Notes under the pieces: generated by a model | Seen by the model: only the letters and a program-made list of their open reading frames with translations | Databases searched by the model: none | What the model was told of the DNA's origin: nothing | Translations under genes and position numbers: made by a program | Assembly: GCA_945871425.1 (NCBI GenBank) | Contig: CAMBVS010000014.1 | Location: 4,497-68,496 of the forward strand | Origin: Rhizobium sp. Q54 | GTDB lineage: Bacteria > Pseudomonadota > Alphaproteobacteria > SHVZ01 | Reading direction: 5' to 3' | Length of the DNA stretch: 64,000 bases | In this document: piece by piece, positions 18,101 through 28,454 of the stretch | How positions within the stretch are numbered: the stretch's first letter is position 1 | Layout of the letters: the number at the start of each line of letters is the position of its first letter

Positions 18101-20776
18101 CTAGAAGCGCCTGAGCAGGCGATCGATGTAGTCGCGCTCGATCTGCGGCCGGGTCGGCTCCGCGGCACGGCGGCGCAGCTCGTCGAAGATCTCGCGCGAA
18201 CGCTGGATATCGGCCTCCTCCGGGATCCCGACGTGTCCGCGGTTCATGCCGCCCGAATTCCGGGTCGGCCGCCCCAGAGGATCGCGTCCCTGGCGGTCGG
18301 CCTGCGGCCGCGGCTGTCCGGGTGCCGGATCGCCCATGCCGTCGCCCTCGCCCGGGTCCTGGCCTTCCATCCGCCGGGCCATCTCCTCGGCCATCTGCTG
18401 GGCCCCCTGCTGGAGCTGCTCCAGCGCATCGGACTGCGGATCGACCGCGTCACCCCAACCCTGGCGGCGGAGCGCATCGGTCGCTTGGCGCATCGACCGC
18501 TCGGCCCGGCCGAAGGCGTCCGGGATGTCGCCGCCCTCGCCCATCTGGCGCATCAGGTCGCCCAGCATGCGACGGAGCGCGTCCTGGGTGTCGGCGGCGC
18601 CGGATGCTGCCTGCTCGTCGCCCTCGCCCGGTTGGCCTTGCTGGCCCTGGCCGCGCTGGCCGCGTTGTCCCTGCCCGCGCTGGCCCTGCTGGCCCTGGCC
18701 CGGCTGCTGGCCTCGCTGGCCCTGCTGGGCTCGTTGACCCTGCTGGCCCTGCTGGCCCTGCTGACCGCGCTGCCCCTGTTGGCCTTGCTGACCCTGCTGG
18801 CCCTGCTGGCCCTCCTGACCGTCCTGCCCCTGCTGACGCTGATGGCTCTGATCCAGCAACTGGCGCTGGCGCTTGGCGAGGTCCTGCAGGTTCTGCAGCA
18901 TCTTCATCTGCTGCTGCATCTGCTCATTGGGGCGGCCGAGCTGGGCGCCCCGCAGGTTCTCCAGCATCTCCTTGAGCTGGGACAGCATCTGTTTGGCGGC
19001 GTCGCGATTGCCGGAGCGGGCGAGCTCGCGGGCCCGATCGAGCATCCGCTGCAAGTCCTCGCGCTGCACCATCTGGGCGCCCGGCGGAAGCTGCTGCATC
19101 TCCTGCTGCTCGCCGTTGCGCTGCGCCTCCATCATCTGCCTGGCCATCGCCTCGAGATAGCGGTCGATGGCCCGTTGCAGCTCGTCCATCAGCCGCTGCA
19201 GCTCCTGGTCCTCGACATTGCGGGCGAGCGCATCCTCGAGCGCCTGCTGCGCCTGGCGAAGCTCGCGCATGGCGATGGAGACGTCGCCGTCCTCGACCCG
19301 GAGCGCGGTATCCCAGAGCAGCTGAAGCGTCGACTGCAGGCCTTCCTTCGAGTCGTCGTGGCGCAACCGGCCCATGGACGACTTGAGCGCCATGAAGACG
19401 ACGATGTCGTCGCCATAGGCGCCCGGACGCGAGGCGATCTCCGCAAGGCTCCGAATGACCGCCTGACGGTTGGCGACCGGCGCCTGCACCAGCTTCTTCC
19501 GCTCCTCGATGATGGCGCGGGCGACCGGATGGCGGAACTTGCGCTCGGGCAGGACCAGGCGCTGCGGCTCGCTCTCGCCCGTCTGCCCGATCGCGTCGGT
19601 CGCAACCAGCGTCGCCAGAACCGTAAGCCCGGCCCAGGGATGGGCCGTCAGGTCGTGGTAGCTGGCATTGGCGGCCTCCTTCAGCCCCAGGCCCGGCAGC
19701 GCCATGGCGAGTTCGATCACCTCCTCGGCGTCGAGCTCGGAGATCCCTTCCTCGGCCCGCTTGACCCGGGCCACGACCGATTCGACGCCGTAGTCGTCGG
19801 CCGCCGCGTAGTCCAGGCGAAGCGCGCCGCGATCGCTCTGGGTCGGCGGCTGGCGGAAAGCGACCGTCGGCGGCTGGTCGGGGATCACCTGGATCCGCCA
19901 GGCGCCCAGCTCTTTCTGCCCGGACGCCACGGCGATCCGGGCACCATCTACGAGGGTGGTGCTGGCACGATGGCTGGTCGGCCCCAGGCTCTCGAACGCG
20001 GTCGCCTGATCATCGATCATCAGGCTCGGCGAGGTCTTGAGCCCGTTCACCTGCGCCAGCACGACCGATCGCAACGGAATCTCGATCGGCCCTTCGGCCT
20101 GTTGCAGGCGCGAATCGAGCAGGATCGGCGCCTTGCCGGTGTAGGCCGGCGGATTGACCCAGAGATCCAGCGTGACGCCCGGCCCGGGAGCCGTCGCGGT
20201 GACGTCGGGAGCGAGGGCGCGGGCGACCCGGTCGAAGCCCTCCCCCCAGGAAGCGGCAACACCGATGACCAGCAGGAGGCCGATGGCGGCGCGGATGCCG
20301 CGCGGGTCGGCACGGCCCCAGCCGGCGGCGGGCCAGCCGACGCGAAGGCGCGCGAGCCGGGCGGCGAGTCGCCGGCGATGCGCCTCCCACAGCGCCCGGC
20401 TGACCGGGTCGGCGGCACCGAGCGCCAGGTGGTCGTCGAGGCCGGAGAGCGGCCGGTGGGAAAGTTCGCTCGCGACCTCGAGCCGGCGTCGTCCGGCGGC
20501 CTCGCCCGGCAGGGCGAGCGACGCCAAGGCCCGCCAGACGGCGACCGCGAGGGCGACCGCGAAAACGGCGAGGACGGCCGCATGAGCCCAGGGCGGAAGC
20601 TGGGGGAGGACGTCGAGGAGCGAAAGCGCGAGGAAACCGCCGAACACCGCCGCCGGAAGCCAGAGCGCCGGCCACAGCCGTTCCCAGAACAGGGCGGCGC
20701 GCGCCATCGCCACCTGGCGAGCCACCCGCTGCTGGGTTCCCGGATCGAGAAGGCTGGACTGGGTGCGCTCTTCCAT
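18101..20776 (-). CDS. TIGR02302 / DUF4175 family membrane protein
   Basis: 'ALFWERLWP', 'WVNPPAYTG', 'DDYGV', 'DLTAHPWAG', 'RDPLGR', 'ERDYIDRLL'; adjacent to lysA. Confidence 0.9.
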   Translation of the reverse strand: MEERTQSSLLDPGTQQRVARQVAMARAALFWERLWPALWLPAAVFGGFLALSLLDVLPQLPPWAHAAVLAVFAVALAVAVWRALASLALPGEAAGRRRLEVASELSHRPLSGLDDHLALGAADPVSRALWEAHRRRLAARLARLRVGWPAAGWGRADPRGIRAAIGLLLVIGVAASWGEGFDRVARALAPDVTATAPGPGVTLDLWVNPPAYTGKAPILLDSRLQQAEGPIEIPLRSVVLAQVNGLKTSPSLMIDDQATAFESLGPTSHRASTTLVDGARIAVASGQKELGAWRIQVIPDQPPTVAFRQPPTQSDRGALRLDYAAADDYGVESVVARVKRAEEGISELDAEEVIELAMALPGLGLKEAANASYHDLTAHPWAGLTVLATLVATDAIGQTGESEPQRLVLPERKFRHPVARAIIEERKKLVQAPVANRQAVIRSLAEIASRPGAYGDDIVVFMALKSSMGRLRHDDSKEGLQSTLQLLWDTALRVEDGDVSIAMRELRQAQQALEDALARNVEDQELQRLMDELQRAIDRYLEAMARQMMEAQRNGEQQEMQQLPPGAQMVQREDLQRMLDRARELARSGNRDAAKQMLSQLKEMLENLRGAQLGRPNEQMQQQMKMLQNLQDLAKRQRQLLDQSHQRQQGQDGQEGQQGQQGQQGQQGQRGQQGQQGQQGQRAQQGQRGQQPGQGQQGQRGQGQRGQRGQGQQGQPGEGDEQAASGAADTQDALRRMLGDLMRQMGEGGDIPDAFGRAERSMRQATDALRRQGWGDAVDPQSDALEQLQQGAQQMAEEMARRMEGQDPGEGDGMGDPAPGQPRPQADRQGRDPLGRPTRNSGGMNRGHVGIPEEADIQRSREIFDELRRRAAEPTRPQIERDYIDRLLRRF
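18632..18842 (-). repeat. Coding low-complexity tandem repeat (Gly-Gln-Gln/Arg, ~9-bp unit)
   Basis: Repeated (+ strand) CTGCTGGCC / CTGACC units encoding GQQGQQGQRGQQ... Confidence 0.85.
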
Positions 20777-20829
20777 CGGGCTCCTTAACCGCCGTCGGGT
20801 CGGCCGGCTCGCGAGCCCTTGCGGGAGCC

Positions 20830-22089
20830 CTAGAGCCAATCGGGAACGCGGTCGCGGCCGATCAGATCCTCGTAACTCGGACGCGGCCGCACCACCGCGA
20901 ATTGCTGATCCCGGACAAGCACCTCCGGAACCAGTCGCCGCGCATTGTAGCTTGACGACATCACCGCGCCATAGGCTCCCGCATACGTGATCGCCAGAAT
21001 GTCACCGGCGGAAACCGGCGGCAGAGCCCGCTCCTTGGCGAAGAAATCGCTGGATTCGCAGATCGGGCCGACCACGTCGACCGGGCGGCTGGCGGCGCCC
21101 GCCTTGGGCTCGGTCACCGGCAGGATCGGGTGGTAGGCGTCGTAGAGGGTCGGCCGGATCAGGTCGTTCATCGCCGCATCGACGATGACGAAGGTCTTGC
21201 TCGACCCTTCCTTGACATAGAGGACGCGGGTGAGCAGCGCGCCCGCCTCGGCGACCAGCCGGCGTCCGGGCTCCAGCACCAGCCGGCAGCCGGCCTCGAT
21301 CGCAGCGGCGCGCGCGATCTCGGTGTACTCGGCGACCGAGGGCGGCGCCTCGCCGGTGTAGCCGACGCCGAGGCCGCCGCCGACGTCCAGCACGCTGATC
21401 GGGATGCCCTCGGACCGGAGCTGCTTGACCAGCTCGACCATGCGCGCGAACGCCTGCCGGTAGGGATCCAGCGAGGTCAGCTGCGAGCCGATATGGCTCG
21501 CCACCCCGACCGGCTCCAGCGAGGCGTGCGCCGCCGCCCGCTTGAAGACCGCGGGCGCCTGGTCGATGTCGATCCCGAACTTGTTGCCCTTCTTTCCGGT
21601 GGTGATCTTGGCGTGGGTCTTGGCGTCGACGTCGGGGTTGACGCGGACGGCGATCTTGGCGCGCTTGCCCATCTGGCGGGCGACGTCGGCCAGCAGGTCC
21701 ACCTCGGGTTCGGATTCGACGTTGAACTCGCCGATGCCGGCCGAGAGCGCGAAGCTCATCTCCTCGGCCGACTTGCCGATCCCGGAGAAGACGATCTTCT
21801 CAGGATCGAAGCCGGCCGCCAGCGCGCGGCGAACCTCGCCTTCGGAGACCGTGTCGACGCCGGCGCCGAGCTTGGACAGCAACCTCAGGATCGCCTGGTT
21901 GTCGTTGGCCTTCATCGCATAGCAGACGGTCGCGTCGACGCCCTTCACGCCATCGGCGTATTCGCGGTAGCGCCGCTCGATGCCATGGCTGGCATAGACG
22001 TAGACGGGGGTGCCGACGGACTCGGCGATGCGGGCGAGGTCGACGCCCTCGGCATGGAGCCGGCCGTTCTTGTAGGCGAAGTCGCTCAT
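20830..22089 (-). CDS. lysA: Diaminopimelate decarboxylase
   Basis: 'YAMKAN', 'HIGSQ', 'EPGR', 'GPICES', 'GAYGAVMSSSYN'. Confidence 0.96.
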   Translation of the reverse strand: MSDFAYKNGRLHAEGVDLARIAESVGTPVYVYASHGIERRYREYADGVKGVDATVCYAMKANDNQAILRLLSKLGAGVDTVSEGEVRRALAAGFDPEKIVFSGIGKSAEEMSFALSAGIGEFNVESEPEVDLLADVARQMGKRAKIAVRVNPDVDAKTHAKITTGKKGNKFGIDIDQAPAVFKRAAAHASLEPVGVASHIGSQLTSLDPYRQAFARMVELVKQLRSEGIPISVLDVGGGLGVGYTGEAPPSVAEYTEIARAAAIEAGCRLVLEPGRRLVAEAGALLTRVLYVKEGSSKTFVIVDAAMNDLIRPTLYDAYHPILPVTEPKAGAASRPVDVVGPICESSDFFAKERALPPVSAGDILAITYAGAYGAVMSSSYNARRLVPEVLVRDQQFAVVRPRPSYEDLIGRDRVPDWL

Positions 22090-22214
22090 TTTGTGGGGTA
22101 GGTCCGGGGAAAGGTTACGGTCTTGTCGGCTTCGTCGGGTCGGAGCGTCCCCGGCTTCTTGCCGCAGGCGGCCAGCGGCACCGACAGCATCACCAGGATC
22201 AGCAGCGCTCTCAC
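22086..22214 (-). CDS. Small lipoprotein (LptM/YifL-type, 42 aa)
   Basis: GTG start overlapping the argH stop; lipobox 'LAAC' followed by 'GKK'; lies between argH and lysA. Confidence 0.8.
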   Translation of the reverse strand: MRALLILVMLSVPLAACGKKPGTLRPDEADKTVTFPRTYPTK

Positions 22215-23653
22215 AGCCAGGCCTTCCTCGCGGCCCTGGCCTGACGGCGGACATTCGCCGGCGCCGTACCGCCGTAGCTGGTGCGGCTCGCCGCCGACCG
22301 CTCGACCGTCAGCACCTTGAAGACGTCGCGGGTGATGCGGGGCTCGACGCCCCTCAGATCGGCCAGCGACAGCTCGCCCAGGTCCACGCCCCTCGACTCG
22401 GCAAGCCTGACCGCGCGGCCGGCGATGTGATGCGCCTCGCGGAAGGGGATGCCGAGCCTCTGCACGCACCAGTCGGCGAGGTCGGTTGCCGTCGCATAGC
22501 CCTGGGCCGCTGCGGCGCGCAGCACCGGCGCGTTCGGCTCCATGTCGCGGACCATGCCGGCCATCGCGGCGACGGCCAGCGCGAAGGCGTCGGCGGCGTC
22601 GAAGGTCGGCTCCTTGTCCTCCTGCATATCCTTGCCGTAGGTCATCGGCAGGCCCTTCATGACGATGAGGAGGGCGTTCAGCGCCCCAACGATGCGCCCG
22701 ACCTTGGCGCGGACCAGCTCGGCGGCATCGGGGTTGCGCTTCTGCGGCATGATCGAGCTGCCGGTGGTAAAGGCGTCAGACAGCTTGACGAAGCGAAACT
22801 GCGCCGAGCACCAGATGACGATCTCCTCGGCGAAGCGCGAGAGATGCATCGCCGAGATCGAGGCGGCCGCCAGGTACTCGATGACGAAGTCGCGGGCGGA
22901 GACCGAGTCCAGTGAGTTCGCCGTCGGCCGGTCGAAGCCCAGCGCCTTCGCCGTCCGATGCCGGTCGATCGGAAACGAGGTGCCGGCCAGCGCCGCGGCG
23001 CCGAGGGGACATTCGTTGAGCCTCTTGCGCGCGTCGCGGAAGCGGCCGCGGTCGCGCCCGAACATCTCGACATAGGCCATCAGGTGGTGGCCGAAGGTGG
23101 TCGGCTGCGCCGACTGCAGATGGGTGAAGCCCGGCATGATCGTACCGGCATGGGCCTCGGCCTTGTCGATCAGGGCCGCCTGCAGGTCGCCGAGAGCGAC
23201 ATCGGCCTCGTCGATGGCGCGGCGGACCCAGAGCCGGACGTCGAGGGCGACCTGGTCGTTGCGGGAGCGCGCGGTGTGCAGCCGCCCGGCAGGCCGGCCG
23301 ATGATCTCCGAGAGCCGCGCCTCCACGTTCATGTGGATGTCTTCGAGCGCGCGCGAGAACTTGAAGGTGCCGGCCTCGATCTCGCCCCGGACCTGCCTCA
23401 GGCCCTTGACGATCGCCTTCGCATCGGGTTTCGAGATAATGTCCTGGGCGGCCAGCATCTCGGCGTGCGCGATCGAGCCCTGGATGTCCTCGGCGTAGAG
23501 CCGGCGGTCGAAATCGATCGAGGCGTTGATCTGCTCCATGATGGCGGCCATGCCGCCGGAGAAGCGTCCGCCCCACAGCGCATTGGCGGAGGACGCCTTG
23601 GTGGAGCGGCCCTTGGATGAGCGGGGAGCGGTCTTGGAGGTCTTGCGGGCCAT
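22211..23653 (-). CDS. argH: Argininosuccinate lyase
   Basis: 'LWGGRF', '[10 protein letters not shown]', '[12 protein letters not shown]'. Confidence 0.97.
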   Translation of the reverse strand: MARKTSKTAPRSSKGRSTKASSANALWGGRFSGGMAAIMEQINASIDFDRRLYAEDIQGSIAHAEMLAAQDIISKPDAKAIVKGLRQVRGEIEAGTFKFSRALEDIHMNVEARLSEIIGRPAGRLHTARSRNDQVALDVRLWVRRAIDEADVALGDLQAALIDKAEAHAGTIMPGFTHLQSAQPTTFGHHLMAYVEMFGRDRGRFRDARKRLNECPLGAAALAGTSFPIDRHRTAKALGFDRPTANSLDSVSARDFVIEYLAAASISAMHLSRFAEEIVIWCSAQFRFVKLSDAFTTGSSIMPQKRNPDAAELVRAKVGRIVGALNALLIVMKGLPMTYGKDMQEDKEPTFDAADAFALAVAAMAGMVRDMEPNAPVLRAAAAQGYATATDLADWCVQRLGIPFREAHHIAGRAVRLAESRGVDLGELSLADLRGVEPRITRDVFKVLTVERSAASRTSYGGTAPANVRRQARAARKAWL

Positions 23654-23678
23654 GAATCCTGGGAATGATCGCTTCGGG

Positions 23679-24254
23679 ATGACGCGGCGGGCCTTGCTGG
23701 CGGGAGGCTTCGCGCTCGTGGCCGCCGGCACCGCACGCGCGGACGGGCGGCCGCCGCTCGCGGGCCAGATGAAGAAGTTTACCTTGCATCCGAGCCCGCG
23801 GCCAGCGCCGGAGGCGCCGTTCAAGACCAGGGACGGCGCGGCGACAACCCTCGCCGACTTCCGCGGCCGGGTGCTGCTGGTCAACTACTGGGCGACCTGG
23901 TGCAGCCCCTGCGTCGCCGAGATGCCGTCGCTGGACCGGCTGGAGGCGGCGCTCGGTGGAACGGACTTCGCCGTCCTGCCGATCGCCTCCGACCGCGCCG
24001 GCCTCCGGGTGGTCGAGCCGTTCTACGCCAAGGCCGCGCTGAAGCGCCTGCCGATCTATCTCGACCAGGACATGAAGTTCACCCGCGGCTCCGGCGTGCG
24101 CGGGCTGCCGACCACGCTCATCGTCGACCGCGCCGGCCGCGAGGTGGGCCGCATGGAAGGCGATGCCGCCTGGGACTCAGCCGACGCCCAGGCACTGATT
24201 CGCCACTACATGGCGGAGAAGGCCGACCCGCTGGTGGTCAAGACCGGCGGCTAG
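23679..24254 (+). CDS. tlpA: TlpA-family thiol:disulfide oxidoreductase
   Basis: '[18 protein letters not shown]', 'GLPTT'; twin-arginine-like N-terminus 'TRRALL'. Confidence 0.88.
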   Translation: MTRRALLAGGFALVAAGTARADGRPPLAGQMKKFTLHPSPRPAPEAPFKTRDGAATTLADFRGRVLLVNYWATWCSPCVAEMPSLDRLEAALGGTDFAVLPIASDRAGLRVVEPFYAKAALKRLPIYLDQDMKFTRGSGVRGLPTTLIVDRAGREVGRMEGDAAWDSADAQALIRHYMAEKADPLVVKTGG

Positions 24255-24261
24255 CTGAAGC

Positions 24262-25134
24262 CTAGCGTGTCGGGACGGGCTTCTCGCCGGAGTAGTCGTA
24301 GAAGCCGCGCTTGGTCTTGCGGCCGAGCCACCCGGCCTCGACGTATTTCACCAGCAGCGGACAGGGCCGGTACTTCGAGTCCGACAGGCCCTCGTGCAGC
24401 ACCTGCATGACCGCAAGACAGGTATCGAGGCCGATGAAATCGGCGAGCTCGAGCGGCCCCATCGGGTGGTTGGCGCCGAGACGCATGGCGACGTCGATCG
24501 CCTCGACCGAGCCGACGCCCTCGTAGAGCGTGTAGACCGCCTCGTTGATCATCGGCAGCAGGATGCGGTTGACGATGAAGGCGGGGAAGTCCTCGGCGGT
24601 CGCCGGCGTCTTGCCGAGCTTGATCGCCAGGTCCTTGACCGACTTGAAGGTCTCCTCGTCGGTGGCGATGCCGCGGATCAGCTCGACCAGCGCCATCACC
24701 GGCACCGGGTTCATGAAGTGCATGCCGATGAACCTGGCCGGCCGGTCGGTCGAGGCGGCAAGGCGCGTGATCGAGATCGAGGAGGTGTTGGTGGCGATAA
24801 TGGTCTCTGGCCCCAGCTCCGGCACCAGCTTCTTGAAGATGCCGCGCTTGACGTCCTCGTTCTCGGTCGCTGCCTCGACGACGATGTCGCATCCTCGGAG
24901 CCCGGCGAGATCGACGACGGTGACGATGCGGGACATCGCCGCATCCCTGTCGGCCTGCGTCGCCTTGCCCTTGCCGACCTGTCGATCGATGTTCTTGCCG
25001 ATGTTGGCGACGGCGCGCTTCAGCGCGTCCTCGCTGATGTCGGAGAGGCGCACGTCATAGCCGGCGAGCGCGGCGACATGGGCGATGCCGCTGCCCATCT
25101 GGCCGGCGCCGATGACGCCGATGGTCTTGATCAT
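24262..25134 (-). CDS. hbd: 3-hydroxybutyryl-CoA dehydrogenase
   Basis: '[10 protein letters not shown]', 'GMHFMNPVP', '[14 protein letters not shown]'. Confidence 0.95.
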   Translation of the reverse strand: MIKTIGVIGAGQMGSGIAHVAALAGYDVRLSDISEDALKRAVANIGKNIDRQVGKGKATQADRDAAMSRIVTVVDLAGLRGCDIVVEAATENEDVKRGIFKKLVPELGPETIIATNTSSISITRLAASTDRPARFIGMHFMNPVPVMALVELIRGIATDEETFKSVKDLAIKLGKTPATAEDFPAFIVNRILLPMINEAVYTLYEGVGSVEAIDVAMRLGANHPMGPLELADFIGLDTCLAVMQVLHEGLSDSKYRPCPLLVKYVEAGWLGRKTKRGFYDYSGEKPVPTR

Positions 25135-25168
25135 GAAAGTCCGTCCTTCAGCCGTTCGACGAGCGGGA

Positions 25169-26110
25169 TCAGCGTCCCTTGGCCAGTTCGGCGTCCAGCT
25201 CCGGCACCGCCTTGAACAGGTCGGCGACGAGGCCGTAATCCGCGACCTGGAAGATCGGCGCTTCCTCGTCCTTGTTGATGGCGACGATGACTTTCGAGTC
25301 CTTCATCCCGGCGAGATGCTGGATCGCGCCCGAGATGCCGACCGCGAGGTAGAGGTCGGGCGCCACGATCTTGCCGGTCTGTCCGACCTGGTAGTCGTTG
25401 GGGACGAATCCCGCATCGACCGCGGCCCGGCTGGCGCCGACGGCGGCGCCGAGCTTGTCGGCGACGGACTCGAGCAGCTTGAAATTGTCGCCGGACTGCA
25501 TGCCGCGGCCGCCGGAGATGACGATCCGGGCCGAGGTCAGCTCCGGGCGCTCGGACTTCGACAGCTCCTGTCCCTTGAACTGCGAGAGGCCGGCATCGCC
25601 TTTGGCTGCGACCGCCTCGATCGCCGCCGAGCCGCCGGTCGCCGGCACCGGATCGAAGCCGGTGGCGCGGACGGTGATGACCTTGATCGCGTCCTTCGAC
25701 TGCACGGTCGCCAGCGCGTTGCCGGCATAGATCGGGCGGATGAAGGTATCGGCCGACACCACCTCGACGATCTCGGAGACCTGCGCAACGTCGAGCAGGG
25801 CCGCGACGCGCGGCATGACGTTTTTGCCGGTGCTGGTAGCGGCCGCCATCACATGGGTTCGCGACCTGGCGAGCTCCACCAGGAGCAACGCCAGGTTCTC
25901 CGGCAGGCCGTGGGCGTACTCGGCGGCATCGGCGACCAGCACCTTGGCGACGCCGGAGATCTTGGAGGCGGCCTCGGCGGCAGCGGCGCAGCCCTGGCCC
26001 GCAACCAGCACCTCGACCGGCCCGCCGACCTTGCTCGCGGCGGCGACGGCATTGAGGGTGGCCGGCTTGATCGACGCGTTGTCGTGCTCGGCTAGGACGA
26101 GGACGCTCAT
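25169..26110 (-). CDS. etfA: Electron transfer flavoprotein alpha subunit
   Basis: 'ASRAAVDAG', 'QVGQTGK', '[12 protein letters not shown]'. Confidence 0.97.
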   Translation of the reverse strand: MSVLVLAEHDNASIKPATLNAVAAASKVGGPVEVLVAGQGCAAAAEAASKISGVAKVLVADAAEYAHGLPENLALLLVELARSRTHVMAAATSTGKNVMPRVAALLDVAQVSEIVEVVSADTFIRPIYAGNALATVQSKDAIKVITVRATGFDPVPATGGSAAIEAVAAKGDAGLSQFKGQELSKSERPELTSARIVISGGRGMQSGDNFKLLESVADKLGAAVGASRAAVDAGFVPNDYQVGQTGKIVAPDLYLAVGISGAIQHLAGMKDSKVIVAINKDEEAPIFQVADYGLVADLFKAVPELDAELAKGR

Positions 26111-26859
26111 GGGATCACCTTGGCTTCGGTGCGCAGCTTCTCGATCAGCTCGGCGACCGAGCCGACCTTGACGCCGGACTTGCGCTTGGGCGGCTCGTCG
26201 ACCTTGACCGTGACCAGCCGCGGGCTGGCATCGACGCCGAGCGCATCAGGCGTCAGCTGGTCGATCGGCTTCTTCTTCGCCTTCATGATGTTGGGGAGCG
26301 AGGCGTAGCGCGGCTCGTTCAGGCGGAGATCGGTGGTGACGATCGCCGGCAGCTTGAGCACCACCGTCTCGAGGCCGCCGTCGACCTCGCGGGTCACGGT
26401 GAGGTTGTCGCCGTCCGGCACGATCTTCGAGGCGAAGGTGCCTTGCGACCAGCCCAGCAGCGCCGCCAGCATCTGGCCGGTCTGGTTGCAGTCGTCGTCG
26501 ATCGCCTGCTTGCCGAGGATGACCAGCTTCGGCTGCTCCTTCTCGACCACGGCCTTCAGCAGCTTGGCGACCGCCAGAGGCTGCAGCTCGACATCGGTCA
26601 GGACATGGATGCCGCGGTCGGCGCCCATGGCGAGCGCGGTCCGGATCGTCTCCTGGGTCTGGGCGACGCCGAGCGAGACCGCGACCACCTCGGTCGCCTT
26701 GCCGGCTTCCTTGAGCCGGATCGCTTCCTCGACGCCGATTTCGTCGAACGGGTTCATGGACATCTTGACGTTCGCCGTCTCGACACCCGTCTTGTCGGCC
26801 TTGACGCGGACCTTGACGTTGTAGTCGACGACCCGCTTGACCGCGACCAGCACTTTCAT
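26107..26859 (-). CDS. etfB: Electron transfer flavoprotein beta subunit
   Basis: 'KRVVDYNVK', 'MNPFDEI', 'GKQAIDDD', 'NEPRYASLP'. Confidence 0.97.
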   Translation of the reverse strand: MKVLVAVKRVVDYNVKVRVKADKTGVETANVKMSMNPFDEIGVEEAIRLKEAGKATEVVAVSLGVAQTQETIRTALAMGADRGIHVLTDVELQPLAVAKLLKAVVEKEQPKLVILGKQAIDDDCNQTGQMLAALLGWSQGTFASKIVPDGDNLTVTREVDGGLETVVLKLPAIVTTDLRLNEPRYASLPNIMKAKKKPIDQLTPDALGVDASPRLVTVKVDEPPKRKSGVKVGSVAELIEKLRTEAKVIP

Positions 26860-26895
26860 CTGGTGCCCATGGACTGTTTTAAGGGAGGGGAGGTT

Positions 26896-26924
26896 GGTGT
26901 AGACGCCATGCTGCACCGCGTCAA
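26896..26924 (-). promoter_or_regulatory. Putative sigma70 promoter of etfB-etfA-hbd
   Basis: Minus strand TTGACG-N17-TACACC. Confidence 0.5.
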
Positions 26925-26967
26925 GCGAGGTGCGCCAGCCCTTTTAGTTAACGATTAGGCCCGGAAG

Positions 26968-27516
26968 TTACCGGTTCTGGCCGGGAACCCAGAGCACGTC
27001 CTTGGCGCCCCCGTCGTTCTCGGCGCGGGCCAGGACGAAGAGGTGGTCGGAGAGTCGGTTGACGTAGCGGATGGCGGCGGCGGAGACCTCCTCCTTCTCG
27101 GCGAGGCGCGTCATCGCGCGTTCCGCCCGGCGCACGATGGTGCGCGCGAGATGCAGATAGGCCGCCGCCGGTGTGCCGCCGGGAAGCACGAAAGAGTCGA
27201 GCGGCTTCAACTTCGCGTTCATGCCGTCGATCTCGCGCTCCAGCCGCTCGACCTGGGCGTCGGCGACCCGGAGCCCGTCGGTCCCCGGCCGGCAGAGATC
27301 GGCGCCGAGGTCGAAGAGGTCGTTCTGGATAAGGACGAGCATGGCATCCGCCGCCCCCGACGCATGCAGCCGGGCGATGCCGATCGCCGCGTTCGCCTCG
27401 TCGACGGTGCCGTAGGCTTCGACCCGGAGCGCGTGCTTGGGCACGCGCTTGCCGCCGCCGAGCGAGGTCCGGCCCTTGTCGCCGCCCTTGGTGTAGATCC
27501 GGGTAAGCCGGACCAT
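26968..27516 (-). CDS. pduO: ATP:cob(I)alamin adenosyltransferase (PduO type)
   Basis: 'IYTKGGDKG', 'AYGTVDEAN', 'RRAER', 'NRLSD.LFVLAR'. Confidence 0.93.
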   Translation of the reverse strand: MVRLTRIYTKGGDKGRTSLGGGKRVPKHALRVEAYGTVDEANAAIGIARLHASGAADAMLVLIQNDLFDLGADLCRPGTDGLRVADAQVERLEREIDGMNAKLKPLDSFVLPGGTPAAAYLHLARTIVRRAERAMTRLAEKEEVSAAAIRYVNRLSDHLFVLARAENDGGAKDVLWVPGQNR

Positions 27517-27711
27517 CTATCTGGTCAGCAGCATCAGGAGAGCGAAGAGGCCGATCGCGACGGCCTGCAGGATCACCCGGTAGCGCATGAACTTGTTCGA
27601 TCGCTGGGCCGAGCCCGGGCCGCCCCGGGCCATGGTGACGAGGCCGAAGAGCAGCACGCCGAGCGTTGCGAACATGGCGATGCCGATGAGGACGACGAAG
27701 AACGTATTCAT
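27517..27711 (-). CDS. Twin transmembrane helix small protein (HIG1-like)
   Basis: Two TM helices flanking 'SNKFMRYRVILQ'; adjacent to pduO. Confidence 0.85.
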   Translation of the reverse strand: MNTFFVVLIGIAMFATLGVLLFGLVTMARGGPGSAQRSNKFMRYRVILQAVAIGLFALLMLLTR

Positions 27712-27720
27712 GGTGCGAAT

Positions 27721-28002
27721 CTAGTCACTAAGGCCGCCGATCACCACCGCGACATCCCGCCGCTCCGCCGCGGCCTCTTCCAGCGTCGCCCGGATGCCAT
27801 CGGCGTCGGGGCCTAGTGTCCGGCGAGCAGCGGGGAAATCCGGCCAGACGATCTCGACCGGACCGGGAACGTCGCGGGTAAGCGCGTCCCAGAGCGCGTC
27901 CAGATTGGCGCCGAAGTGACCGGGGAGACCGAGCTGACGGGCAAGATCGACATAGACCGCCTCAGTGCTGGCGTAGGGCCCGGCGAGGGTGCAGCGGGTC
28001 AT
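27721..28002 (-). CDS. Barstar family RNase inhibitor
   Basis: 'LGLPGHFGANLDALWDALT..PVEIVW' barstar signature; ATG overlaps the RNase stop (ATGA). Confidence 0.9.
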   Translation of the reverse strand: MTRCTLAGPYASTEAVYVDLARQLGLPGHFGANLDALWDALTRDVPGPVEIVWPDFPAARRTLGPDADGIRATLEEAAAERRDVAVVIGGLSD

Positions 28003-28454
28003 TTCGGCACCTCGCGGAAGCTCCGGTAGTGGTCGAGCGTCACCCATCTGAGGCCGTCGGAGCTCCACACCAGCCGGCGGGCGCCGCGGCTCCCGCCGGC
28101 ATAGTCGAGATCGGCCTCGAAGAAGCGGCGCCCCGCCGCGCTCGGAAGCAGGCGTTCGCGGTTGCCGAATCGGTCGCCGCCGATGCTCTTGCCCGGTGCC
28201 ACCTTCCAGAGATCGCTCCCCGGGCGCCAGCCCAGGCTCTCGGCCGCGTCCTTGGTGAGGAACCGTTCCGGCAGGCGACGGTCGCGGTCGAGCGAGCCGA
28301 CGGCTTCGACGAAGCCCCGGACGTCGCGAAGCCCGACCGCGCGCGCGAACGCCTCCAGGCTCTCGGCCCGCGCCGGCGCAGCCGCGAGGCAGAAGAAGGC
28401 CAGCGCCGCCAGGTTGATGGCGAGGCGGCGCACCAGTAGCTTCGTCCGATCCAT
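27999..28454 (-). CDS. Secreted barnase-like guanyl-specific ribonuclease
   Basis: Signal peptide; 'LPERFLTK..A..LGW', 'VAPGKSIGGDRFGNRE', 'EADLDY', 'DHY'. Confidence 0.92.
   Translation of the reverse strand: MDRTKLLVRRLAINLAALAFFCLAAAPARAESLEAFARAVGLRDVRGFVEAVGSLDRDRRLPERFLTKDAAESLGWRPGSDLWKVAPGKSIGGDRFGNRERLLPSAAGRRFFEADLDYAGGSRGARRLVWSSDGLRWVTLDHYRSFREVPK

Noticed and set aside
18632-18842. Tandem repeats considered as a CRISPR-like array
   Set aside because: No unique spacers and no cas genes; the repeats are in-frame Gly-Gln coding sequence.
18233-20788. 851-aa plus-strand ORF and the many other long antisense or alternate-frame ORFs in the track
   Set aside because: Shadow ORFs of real genes, expected in high-GC DNA; no recognisable motifs, Arg/Ala/Pro-rich composition.
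23651-23654. CATG overlap of the argH start and a possible tlpA start
   Set aside because: ATG 23679 (MTRRALL) is the more plausible tlpA start, and a compact divergent argH/tlpA arrangement is ordinary in Alphaproteobacteria.
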